Of a stretch of 64,000 nucleotides of DNA, positions 47,597 through 56,030 are shown piece by piece. The DNA comes from a virus, in IMG/VR virus record IMGVR_UViG_3300025276_000020; one strand, given 5' to 3'. Under the pieces are notes generated by a model, which searched no databases, was not told the DNA's origin, and saw only the letters and a list, made by a program, of their open reading frames with translations. A program made the position numbers and the translations under genes. The first letter of the stretch is position 1; every line of letters begins with the position of its first letter.

Positions 47597-48829
47597 ATGA
47601 TACGCTTATCGTCATTTTTGACTGAAGACAAGAATACTCATATGGAACACCTCGAAGATAATCTGCTGAACGCAGGTGTCGATGGTGCTAGGGAGTCTAT
47701 CAACTACCTAAGAGCATTGCGAGATATGTTGGCTGGTAAATCTAAAGCTAAGGTCAATGTGACTGTAAAGTGGGATGGAGCACCAGCAGTATTTGCTGGT
47801 ATTGATCCGACTGATGGCAAGTTCTTTGTTGCTAAGAAGGGTATCTTTAATAAGAATCCTAAAGTATACAAGACTAATAAAGATATCGATGATGATATCG
47901 CAAAGGGTGATTTGAATATAAAAATGAAGTTGGCGTTAAAGAACTTGCCAGCATTGAATATTAAGGGGGTGATACAGGGTGATTTCTTATATGCGAAAAA
48001 GGATATCAAAAAGGTTAGTGTTGATGGAGAATCGTATATTACTTTCCATCCTAATACCATTGTTTATGCGATACCAGCGAAAAGCAAGCTTGCTTCACAA
48101 ATCCTCAGATCCGAGATCGGTGTGGTTTGGCACACTGAATACAGAGGTAAATCTTTTGAATCAATGTCAGCAAGTTTTGGAAAAGAGATCGCAAGCAATC
48201 TCAAAAAATCGACAGGCGTCTGGTCGGTAGACGCTATCTACAAAGACATGAGTGGTGATGCCACTATGACACAGAAAGAAACTGATGCAGTAACAAAACT
48301 TCTATCTCAAGCTGGCAAGAAATTCAACACTATTAAAAAGTCTACCTTCGACGGAATCACAGAGAACGAAGAACTTCTCACTAGAGTTAAGACGTTTGTT
48401 AATGTGAAAGTACGAGCTGGTGAAAAGATCAAAGATCCTGCATCATTTGTCAGTGAGCTTATGGACTTCATCTATGCATACTACCAGAAAGAGATTGATA
48501 AGCTTAAGTCTGAAAAGGGTAAAGAAAAGAAGACCGCTAAACGTACAGAGATACTATCATACTTTTCCAATACTGATAAGAGCCAAATCGTTGCGCTATT
48601 CGAGCTATACAATTTGATTGTTGAGGCTAAGTTGACTATCATACGTAAACTTGATAGAGCTAAGAACGTTGGCACATTCTTGAAAACGGCAGACGGATAC
48701 AAAGTGACTGAGCAAGAAGGCTTCGTTGCTATTGATCGTATGGGCAAGAACGCAGTAAAGCTGGTAGATAGATTGCAGTTCAGTAACGCCAACTTCAATT
48801 CAGAGTACATCAAAGGCTGGCAGAAGTAG
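47597..48829 (+). CDS. DUF6267-like protein with RNA-ligase-type nucleotidyltransferase motifs
   Basis: KNTHMEHLED, TVKWDGAP, QGDFL, EGFVA, VKLVDR; ATG 47597 after GGAG. Confidence 0.65.
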   Translation: MIRLSSFLTEDKNTHMEHLEDNLLNAGVDGARESINYLRALRDMLAGKSKAKVNVTVKWDGAPAVFAGIDPTDGKFFVAKKGIFNKNPKVYKTNKDIDDDIAKGDLNIKMKLALKNLPALNIKGVIQGDFLYAKKDIKKVSVDGESYITFHPNTIVYAIPAKSKLASQILRSEIGVVWHTEYRGKSFESMSASFGKEIASNLKKSTGVWSVDAIYKDMSGDATMTQKETDAVTKLLSQAGKKFNTIKKSTFDGITENEELLTRVKTFVNVKVRAGEKIKDPASFVSELMDFIYAYYQKEIDKLKSEKGKEKKTAKRTEILSYFSNTDKSQIVALFELYNLIVEAKLTIIRKLDRAKNVGTFLKTADGYKVTEQEGFVAIDRMGKNAVKLVDRLQFSNANFNSEYIKGWQK

Positions 48830-48941
48830 AATTCACCACGTGCATGGCGAGTATACTATACTTGCAAAGCTAAAATACACATTTCTCTCATAAATAATAG
48901 TGTAGTCAAAGGGCTACAGCACAAATATGAGGAGAAATGTT

Positions 48942-49184
48942 GTGATTGAAAAATTCATTAGAGTTGCTAAAGGCATTAGAGTTAGATTTAACGCACACTG
49001 GGCAGCCAGAGATACTGTAAAAGAATTGTCAAGACTTTCAGATAAAGACTTGAATGACATTGGACTTTGCAGAGGTGATATACATTACATAGCTAATAAG
49101 CATTATGATGATATCATAGAACGCATGAATGGTAAAAAAGTTCCTTTATACGATAAAATGCCAGAAGGAATATTGGACATATGA
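48942..49184 (+). CDS. DUF1127 (YjiS-like) small protein
   Basis: ELSRLSDKDLNDIGLCRGDI; GTG start after GAGGAG; late promoter CATAAATA at 48889. Confidence 0.85.
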   Translation: MIEKFIRVAKGIRVRFNAHWAARDTVKELSRLSDKDLNDIGLCRGDIHYIANKHYDDIIERMNGKKVPLYDKMPEGILDI

Positions 49185-49345
49185 GTACTTTAACAGCCAC
49201 TTATTGTTCAGTCTGTGCGTCTCTACGATCTTTTGGTAGAGCGTGGATCAAGTCTACGGAGCGTGTTGGTCGTGCGAGAGCCGCAGCCCAACTCAGTCAG
49301 ATGGGAATGCATGAAGAAGCCAAGCGAGTTATGATGCAGGACTAA
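49181..49345 (+). CDS. 54-aa small protein coupled to DUF1127 (not in ORF track)
   Basis: MSTLTATYCSVC...VGRARAAAQLSQMGMHEEAKRVMMQD; ATGA overlap. Confidence 0.65.
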   Translation: MSTLTATYCSVCASLRSFGRAWIKSTERVGRARAAAQLSQMGMHEEAKRVMMQD

Positions 49346-49445
49346 TAAATTCACTTGACATCATATTCGTGCTATTATAAATAATAGTACGAGTCAACTA
49401 ATAAAGCGGGCTTAATGCCTGCTTTTGCATTTAAAGGAGATAATT

Positions 49446-49607
49446 ATGAATTGGTTAAAAGAAAGATTTTTAGAAAGAACTAGCTTAGACGCTGGTGTTA
49501 TTGTAGCTGGTTGCATAGCAATCATTCTATTTGGTGGTATCGTGAAGATCGCAGCCTGGGCTGGATTAGCATACGGTATCTGGACATTCATGAAGTCGGA
49601 GAAGTAG
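49446..49607 (+). CDS. Small membrane protein (holin-like topology)
   Basis: Two hydrophobic segments; AAGGAG SD before ATG 49446; TATAAATA at 49376. Confidence 0.6.
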   Translation: MNWLKERFLERTSLDAGVIVAGCIAIILFGGIVKIAAWAGLAYGIWTFMKSEK

Positions 49608-49610
49608 AAT

Positions 49611-50114
49611 ATGGAATTCGAATCAATGAGCAAGTCTGATCTAGAATCATATGGAAGAACGATTGGTATTGAATTGGATAGAAGACTTGTTAAGTCTCAT
49701 CTAATTGCCCAACTTCAAGAATTTATCACTCTCAAGAAGATTGAAGAAGACATGGAAGCTGAAGATGTCGCTTATGAGTTTGAGGTGTCAGAGCATCCAT
49801 TACACCCAGAATTCTCAGAAGAGTTGATTGATATACCAGAGCCTCAGGACGATCCACTTCTATCTGAAGTTTTTGCTGAGATACAGCCTATGGTTGATCC
49901 TGTCGTTGAAGCGGCAAAGATTCAAGAAGCCAAAGATATGGCACGTATGTTGCAACGTATGGAAGAAGATGTTAGAATGGCTGAGGCTAGACTATTGGCA
50001 GCCAATATCGCATTAGAAGAAGCTAAGGCTCACGCTGATGCCGCAGAAGAAGATGCTAGAACGTTGAGAGATGTTTATAATCAGCATATGTCACCGACAA
50101 CTACAGATTCATAG
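49611..50114 (+). CDS. Hypothetical acidic/coiled-coil protein
   Basis: MSKSDLESYGRTIGIELDRR helix-extension-helix-like N-terminus. Confidence 0.65.
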   Translation: MEFESMSKSDLESYGRTIGIELDRRLVKSHLIAQLQEFITLKKIEEDMEAEDVAYEFEVSEHPLHPEFSEELIDIPEPQDDPLLSEVFAEIQPMVDPVVEAAKIQEAKDMARMLQRMEEDVRMAEARLLAANIALEEAKAHADAAEEDARTLRDVYNQHMSPTTTDS

Positions 50115-50218
50115 CAACCATATATTATAAATAAAGATAGTTCACTAGCACTTGTTAGTGGACTATTACAATATCATTTGTAGTTAGACTACGGTAAACC
50201 TACGATAAGAGGATAAAA

Positions 50219-53200
50219 ATGGACGATATAGAAGACACTAAACCTGTTGAGAAGAAGGTTGTCAAGAAAAAGGCTAAAGCTAAGTTAGATAAAGAAAACG
50301 AAGTTTTAGTAAAGAACACTATTGATATCAATCCCACTCTAGACGAAGCGGTCGATAAGACTGTAGTTCTTGGATGGGGCAGAATGAATCCCATCACTGT
50401 TGGACATGAGAAGCTAGTCAACAAGATTAAAGCTGTTGCACGTAAAGCTTCCGCAGTCCCAAAAGTTTACATATCTCATACACAGGATGCTAAAAAGAAT
50501 CCTTTGGCGTATGACGATAAGATCATGCTTGCCAAGAAAGCATTCGGCAACAATGTGATCGAGAAGTCTAAATCCAAGACTATTATCCAAATCATGCAAG
50601 AGCTACAGTCAAAGTACTCTAAAGTCATCTTGGTTGTAGGTTCAGACAGAATCAAGCAATTTGACGAACTACTCAATAAATATAACGGTAAAGACTACAA
50701 GTTTGATAACATTGAAGTTGTATCTGCTGGTGATCGTGATCCAGATGCCGATGACGTTTCGGGCATGTCTGCATCTAAAATGAGATTATTGGCATCTCAA
50801 GGCGACATGAAGAAGTTCACAACTGGACTACCTAAGAAATTACAGAGAGATGCAGAAGACATCTACGATTTGGTTCGTGGTGGATTAAAGATCGCTGAAG
50901 AGATGGAACTAGACGAAGCAGTTCTAACAGTACAGCAACGCCGTAATCGTGGCATTGTAATGCGTAAGTATAAAAACAAGATTGCCGCCGCACGTAAGCG
51001 TCTGTCTAAAAAAGCCGCAACTATGACTATGCTGAAGTCTCGTGCGAGAAAGGCCGCTATCAAGATTATTCGTAAGAAGATCGCTGGTAAGAAAGGCGAA
51101 AAGTATGCATCACTTTCTCCCTCAGAAAAGATGATGATTGACAAGAGAGTTTCTAAGAAGAAGGCAGCTATCGATAAGATTGCTAAGAAGATCCTTCCTA
51201 GTGTGCGTAAAGCAGACCTAGCTAGATTAAACAGCAAGAGCAAGAATGAGGAGTTTAACGAGCAATTCGAAAGACTATTTGAAGCTCCAAGTGTTGGTCA
51301 AGATAAAGATATTGCTGATCGTAAAGGCACACAGCCTGCAGTGTATCACAAAGGTCTTGCTAAGTCAACTAAAGTAAAACGTGACGCACATTTCAAGAAG
51401 GGCGCTGAAATGAATGACGATAATCCTGCCGCATATGAGCCAGCTCCTGGCGATGCACAGGCTAAAACTAAGACATCGAAGCACACTAAAAAATATGATC
51501 AAATGTATGGTGAAGCGTTCGAGCCTCATATGATGTATGACCCAAAGACTGGAAAAAGTTACAAAGCTGATAAAGAAGAAGATCATCTTCGTATGAAGAA
51601 AATGGGATACACTCATGAGAAGCCTGTTGAAGAGCAAAAAAACTGTGGATGTGGTAAAACTCCGTGCGAGACATACGGTAAAGTAAACGAGACTTTTGAA
51701 GAGTTTGTAGTAAATCAACAGTTCGATGAAGAGTTCGAATCTCCTAAAGTGCAAAGATTTCATCAGATGTTTAAGAAAGACGGTAAAATAAAATTAGACG
51801 CTAGATTTCGTGCATTCAAGAAAAAGACTCCAGAAGCTCAAGAATTAGAAGAGATAGCTATCAATACTGATGCAGAAAAGACTCTAAAGAAGCACCACAA
51901 AGATGAACGAAATAATCTGAGTCGAGAGCATGAGCGTGAGATGGACGGTTTACTGACACGTGAATTACGTAAGAAAGTTCGTTCAATAAACAGACCCGAG
52001 ACCAGAAATGAAGAGTTCGATTGTGATGCTGATCTGATATCTTTCATCGAAGAGACCTCTAATGACATCTTTAATCAAGTATTACTAGACGAAGAGAAGG
52101 GTAATGAAGGTTTAAAAAAGAAAGCAGAGAAGTCTGGAATGCCATTGAGTGTTCTAAAGAAAGTTTATGACAGAGGTATTGCCGCATGGAGAACTGGTCA
52201 CAGACCTGGTACTACTCCTCAACAATGGGGCTTTGCACGTGTTAACTCTTTCATTACTAAATCATCTGGTACATGGGGTAAAGCTGACGCAGACCTTGCC
52301 GCTAAAGTACGTAAAGAAGAAGTTGATCTAGAAGAAGGCGCAGTATCTCCTGCACAAAGAGCCGCAATTGCTATCTCTAAGAAAGAGAAAGCTGGCAAGC
52401 CAGGATACGACAGCGAAGGCAAATCAATTAAAGAAGACGACCCTTGTTGGGACTCTCATGAGCAAAAAGGCATGAAGAAGAAAAACGGCAAGCTAGTTCC
52501 TAATTGTGTACCGAAAGAAAGTGTAGATGAATCCTTTGAAAATCTATTTATGGAGAAAAGTCCAACCGAGATGATCAAAGATAAGTTAGGTCTAAAGCTA
52601 TATAAAACACAATACCAACACGCACTTAAAACACTAAAAGATTTAATCTCTAGAAAGAAAAAAGAGACTACTGGACCAAAAGGCAGTATGCGACATGACG
52701 TAGGTTACTACGCCGCACAGATCGCTAGAAGCTACAAAAACGTTGACTCTAAGCTATTAGCGAAGATGGTAACCGAAGAGGGTGGAGCTGGAGACAAAGG
52801 TACTGATAAAGTTACTAAGCGTTACAAGAAAGATACTCCTGGACAAAGTATTAACGAATCATTTGATGAGATGTTCAGTGAAGACGTTACGCAGAAGCAG
52901 TTGCAAGACCTAGAGAAGTTTGGTGATCGACTACTTGCTAAATTCAAAATCGATATCGAATTCACTAGACACTTTGCAGATCGTATGAACGATTCACGTA
53001 ACAAGCCTGCAATCACTGTGGCAGAGTTGCAAAAAGTGTTTAAGAAAATTGCTAAGAGAAAAGCAGTAGAGATCAGACAGAATCCAGATAGTGAAGCTGT
53101 ATTAAAAGACATGCAAGCTGACTTGAATCTGCCTATCGTAATCAACTATAATAAAGATAAAGACGAGTATGAAGTAGTTAACAAGACTATCATGCGTAAG

Positions 53201-53239
53201 AAAAACTTTGGCACATCAGATAAAGTAATTAAAGTATGA
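50219..53239 (+). CDS. Modular 1006-aa protein: N-terminal HIGH-type nucleotidyltransferase plus many small modules
   Basis: GRMNPITVGH, VVGSDR, SAGDRDPD, GMSASKMR; repeated (L/I/V/F)xE linkers; TATAAATA at 50126. Confidence 0.75.
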   Translation: MDDIEDTKPVEKKVVKKKAKAKLDKENEVLVKNTIDINPTLDEAVDKTVVLGWGRMNPITVGHEKLVNKIKAVARKASAVPKVYISHTQDAKKNPLAYDDKIMLAKKAFGNNVIEKSKSKTIIQIMQELQSKYSKVILVVGSDRIKQFDELLNKYNGKDYKFDNIEVVSAGDRDPDADDVSGMSASKMRLLASQGDMKKFTTGLPKKLQRDAEDIYDLVRGGLKIAEEMELDEAVLTVQQRRNRGIVMRKYKNKIAAARKRLSKKAATMTMLKSRARKAAIKIIRKKIAGKKGEKYASLSPSEKMMIDKRVSKKKAAIDKIAKKILPSVRKADLARLNSKSKNEEFNEQFERLFEAPSVGQDKDIADRKGTQPAVYHKGLAKSTKVKRDAHFKKGAEMNDDNPAAYEPAPGDAQAKTKTSKHTKKYDQMYGEAFEPHMMYDPKTGKSYKADKEEDHLRMKKMGYTHEKPVEEQKNCGCGKTPCETYGKVNETFEEFVVNQQFDEEFESPKVQRFHQMFKKDGKIKLDARFRAFKKKTPEAQELEEIAINTDAEKTLKKHHKDERNNLSREHEREMDGLLTRELRKKVRSINRPETRNEEFDCDADLISFIEETSNDIFNQVLLDEEKGNEGLKKKAEKSGMPLSVLKKVYDRGIAAWRTGHRPGTTPQQWGFARVNSFITKSSGTWGKADADLAAKVRKEEVDLEEGAVSPAQRAAIAISKKEKAGKPGYDSEGKSIKEDDPCWDSHEQKGMKKKNGKLVPNCVPKESVDESFENLFMEKSPTEMIKDKLGLKLYKTQYQHALKTLKDLISRKKKETTGPKGSMRHDVGYYAAQIARSYKNVDSKLLAKMVTEEGGAGDKGTDKVTKRYKKDTPGQSINESFDEMFSEDVTQKQLQDLEKFGDRLLAKFKIDIEFTRHFADRMNDSRNKPAITVAELQKVFKKIAKRKAVEIRQNPDSEAVLKDMQADLNLPIVINYNKDKDEYEVVNKTIMRKKNFGTSDKVIKV

Positions 53240-53667
53240 AGAAGTTTAGAACATATATCGCTGAGTTGAAGGTCGAAAGACCTGATGCTAAAGACACTCT
53301 CGGAATAAAGAGAGATAAGATGCCGCAAGTCAGGTCTAAGGACTATGATGAGTTGATAGTGCATCTTAAGAAGAATGGCGTGCGAGTTCAGAAGAAGAGC
53401 GTTAAGGCTACAAAATTAAAAGCCACGCAAAGTGATTTCAATGTAGACAAAATTGTCGATAAGATATCTAACATTAAAACTTTGGGTAAGGCTAAGCCTC
53501 TCATTGTTAGTTCAGACAACTATATAATTGATGGACACCATAGATGGTTAGCGGCTAAGAATGTTGGTGGCAGTATAGATGTTATGCAGTCAAATGTTAA
53601 GGTGAAGGAACTGTTGAAGCACGTCTACAGCTTCAGTAAAACTTTTACAAAAGGGATAAACGAATAA
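53236..53667 (+). CDS. ParB/Sulfiredoxin-fold protein
   Basis: LKATQ, PLIVSSDNYIIDGHHRW; MKKFRTYIAE N-terminus. Confidence 0.75.
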   Translation: MKKFRTYIAELKVERPDAKDTLGIKRDKMPQVRSKDYDELIVHLKKNGVRVQKKSVKATKLKATQSDFNVDKIVDKISNIKTLGKAKPLIVSSDNYIIDGHHRWLAAKNVGGSIDVMQSNVKVKELLKHVYSFSKTFTKGINE

Positions 53668-54557
53668 TGTTTTGGAAAAAGAACAAGAGTGATAGCGCAC
53701 TCACGAAAGAAATGCTAGCCCAGATGATACCTGGTAATGATAAGGTAGACATGTGGTATGATGCTATTGTGGAAATATTTCCCAAGTATGAAATTAACAC
53801 GCCTGAAAGAATAGCAGGATTCATAGCACAGTGTGCCCATGAGTCTAATAATTTTAGATCGTTAGAAGAGAATTTAAACTATAGCGAAGATGCACTCAAG
53901 CGAGTGTTTGGTCGGTATTTTGGTACTGGTGGAACTAAGCGTAATGCAAAAGAGTACGCACGTAACCCAGAGAAGATCGCTAACTACGTATACATGGACG
54001 AGTTCCGTAAGTATAAAATGGGCAACACAAAATCTGGTGACGGTTGGTTGTTCAGAGGTCGTGGACTAAAGCAACTTACTGGTCGTGAGAATTATACCAA
54101 GTTTGGTAAAACAGTTAAGATGACTGCTGAGAAGGCAGCCGCATACGTAGCCACTGAAAAGGGCGCTATCGAGTCGGCTTGCTGGTTTTGGAAAACATCT
54201 AAGTTAAACGCTATCGCAGACCAATGCGATATAGTTAAGATGACTAAAAAGATTAACGGTGGTGATATCGGTCTTGCTGATCGCACTAGTCGCTATGAGA
54301 GTGCAATGGAATTACTAACTGGTAAGAAGCCTGTACTTAAGAAATCATCTAAGAAAACGGGATCTGTTGAATATGTGACAATATCAATAGGTGATAATAA
54401 CGATACAGTCAAAGCAGTTCAAGCAAAACTAGGCTTGACAGCAGATGGAATATTTGGTCCAGGTACCAAAAGAGCTATCAAAGAGTATCAAACAAAAAGT
54501 GGACTGACTCCAGATGGTGTCGCTGGTCCTGCTACACTTCAAAAACTTTTAGGATAA
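53667..54557 (+). CDS. GH19 endolysin with C-terminal peptidoglycan-binding domain
   Basis: FIAQCAHES, FRGRGLKQLTGRENY, TKKINGG; DGIFGPGT and DGVAGPAT. Confidence 0.9.
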   Translation: MFWKKNKSDSALTKEMLAQMIPGNDKVDMWYDAIVEIFPKYEINTPERIAGFIAQCAHESNNFRSLEENLNYSEDALKRVFGRYFGTGGTKRNAKEYARNPEKIANYVYMDEFRKYKMGNTKSGDGWLFRGRGLKQLTGRENYTKFGKTVKMTAEKAAAYVATEKGAIESACWFWKTSKLNAIADQCDIVKMTKKINGGDIGLADRTSRYESAMELLTGKKPVLKKSSKKTGSVEYVTISIGDNNDTVKAVQAKLGLTADGIFGPGTKRAIKEYQTKSGLTPDGVAGPATLQKLLG

Positions 54558-54561
54558 AAAG

Positions 54562-54795
54562 ATGAAAACTTTTGCGACATTCGTATCGGAAGATAAAAAC
54601 TCTAAAGAATACGACAACGAGGGCAAGATGGCTAAGACTCAGCTTAAAGGCATACTTTCAGATGCAGAGCATATGATTGGAATGTTTGAAGATGAAGAGA
54701 ACTTGCCTGAATGGGTTCAAAGTAAGATCACGAAAGCCGCAGATTATTTGAATACTGCTCATCGATATATGATGAATAGTGGAGAAGATGAATGA
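54562..54795 (+). CDS. Small putative internal virion protein
   Basis: MKTFATFVSE; EGKMAKTQL...LPEWVQSKITKAADYL. Confidence 0.65.
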   Translation: MKTFATFVSEDKNSKEYDNEGKMAKTQLKGILSDAEHMIGMFEDEENLPEWVQSKITKAADYLNTAHRYMMNSGEDE

Positions 54796-55121
54796 AGTCT
54801 TTTCAAAAATTCCTAGACGTTTGTAACTGCGAAGAGCTAGTCACAGAAGAAAGTGAGTATCAAGGACGTAAGGTAACACTTAATGATCCTTTTCGATTAC
54901 CTACTGGTTCAAAGGGCAAGTTCGGAGTCTACGTTAAGAACGATAAAGATAATGTAGTTAAGGTAACCTTTGGCGATCCTAATTCAGAGATCAAAAGAGA
55001 CGATCCGGCAAGAAGAAAAAGTTTCAGAGCCAGACACGGATGTGATAGTCCAGGACCCAAGTGGAAAGCGAAGTACTGGAGTTGCTATCAGTGGCGTGCC
55101 GGTTCAAAAGTAGATAACTGA
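54792..55121 (+). CDS. Conserved basic phage protein (DUF6321-like)
   Basis: VKVTFGDP...RRKSFRARHGC...KYWSC. Confidence 0.65.
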   Translation: MKSFQKFLDVCNCEELVTEESEYQGRKVTLNDPFRLPTGSKGKFGVYVKNDKDNVVKVTFGDPNSEIKRDDPARRKSFRARHGCDSPGPKWKAKYWSCYQWRAGSKVDN

Positions 55122-55170
55122 TAAAGATAAATAGTATTAATATAAATTCAAAAATTAGGAGAACATTATA

Positions 55171-56028
55171 ATGTTTAAGAAAGCCAAAGATATTAACCCA
55201 TTACCCGCAGGCATGGCAGATGCATTCGATGCTGCCCTTTCTCAGCAAGGTTTTAAATCGCCTGTTGTAGAAGAACCTGCTGTAGACCTTGCACCTGCTG
55301 TAGAAGCAGACGCAGAACTATCCGAATCTGCTGGTAAGCGCAAAGCAGACCAAGCTGATGGAGACGTAGCAGTGCCTAAAGCAGGAGATGTTACTCCTGA
55401 AATCGGTGAAATTAAAACAAAAGCGAAGCGCAAGTTAGACAAAGACGTTTCAGATAAGCCTACTGCATTAAAAGCGAGCTATAGTGAAGACAAAGCAGTA
55501 AAAGAAGACTGTGAACCCGACAGTGCTGAAGTAGAAGAGGGTACTTTACCACCTGCTCTTCAGAAAGCAATCGATAAGAAAAATGCTAAGAAAGATGGCA
55601 AAAAAGTCGAAGACGAAGACGAAGACGAGGAATTGTCAGAAGGTACTATCACTGTAAAATCTTTCACTGGTAAAGCACCAGCTGGTATCAAGATGAAGAA
55701 GCTTGGCTCTTCAAGCTTTGGCGGTGATGACGTAGAGATGTCTGGTCCAGATGCAAAGATTATTGCATACGCAAAGAGAAGTCTTGGATGTGATGCAAAG
55801 TGTAAAACAATCGCAGACGTTCAAAAGTCGATAAGCGAAGTGTACGAAGGCAAGTGCGCCAGTCATGAAGAAGTTAAAGAAGGTTTGGATGATGTAGATC
55901 AGAAAGCTGTCAAGAAGAAGTTTACAGATCGTAAAGATAAAGACCTCGACAACGATGGCGATGAAGATGAGTCAGACAAGTATCTACATAGACGCAGAAA
56001 AGCAATCGCTAAAGCTTTGGAGGACTAG
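55171..56028 (+). CDS. Acidic/lysine-rich modular protein, probable head-internal
   Basis: LSES, VEEG, LSEG, VKEG linkers; DKDLDNDGD motif; GATAAATA at 55126. Confidence 0.6.
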   Translation: MFKKAKDINPLPAGMADAFDAALSQQGFKSPVVEEPAVDLAPAVEADAELSESAGKRKADQADGDVAVPKAGDVTPEIGEIKTKAKRKLDKDVSDKPTALKASYSEDKAVKEDCEPDSAEVEEGTLPPALQKAIDKKNAKKDGKKVEDEDEDEELSEGTITVKSFTGKAPAGIKMKKLGSSSFGGDDVEMSGPDAKIIAYAKRSLGCDAKCKTIADVQKSISEVYEGKCASHEEVKEGLDDVDQKAVKKKFTDRKDKDLDNDGDEDESDKYLHRRRKAIAKALED

Positions 56029-56030
56029 AC

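Noticed and set aside
50178-50205. Small GTAGT/ACTAC stem and GGTAAACC motif upstream of the 1006-aa gene as a riboswitch
   Set aside because: Too short, and lacks the second helix and conserved residues needed for a call
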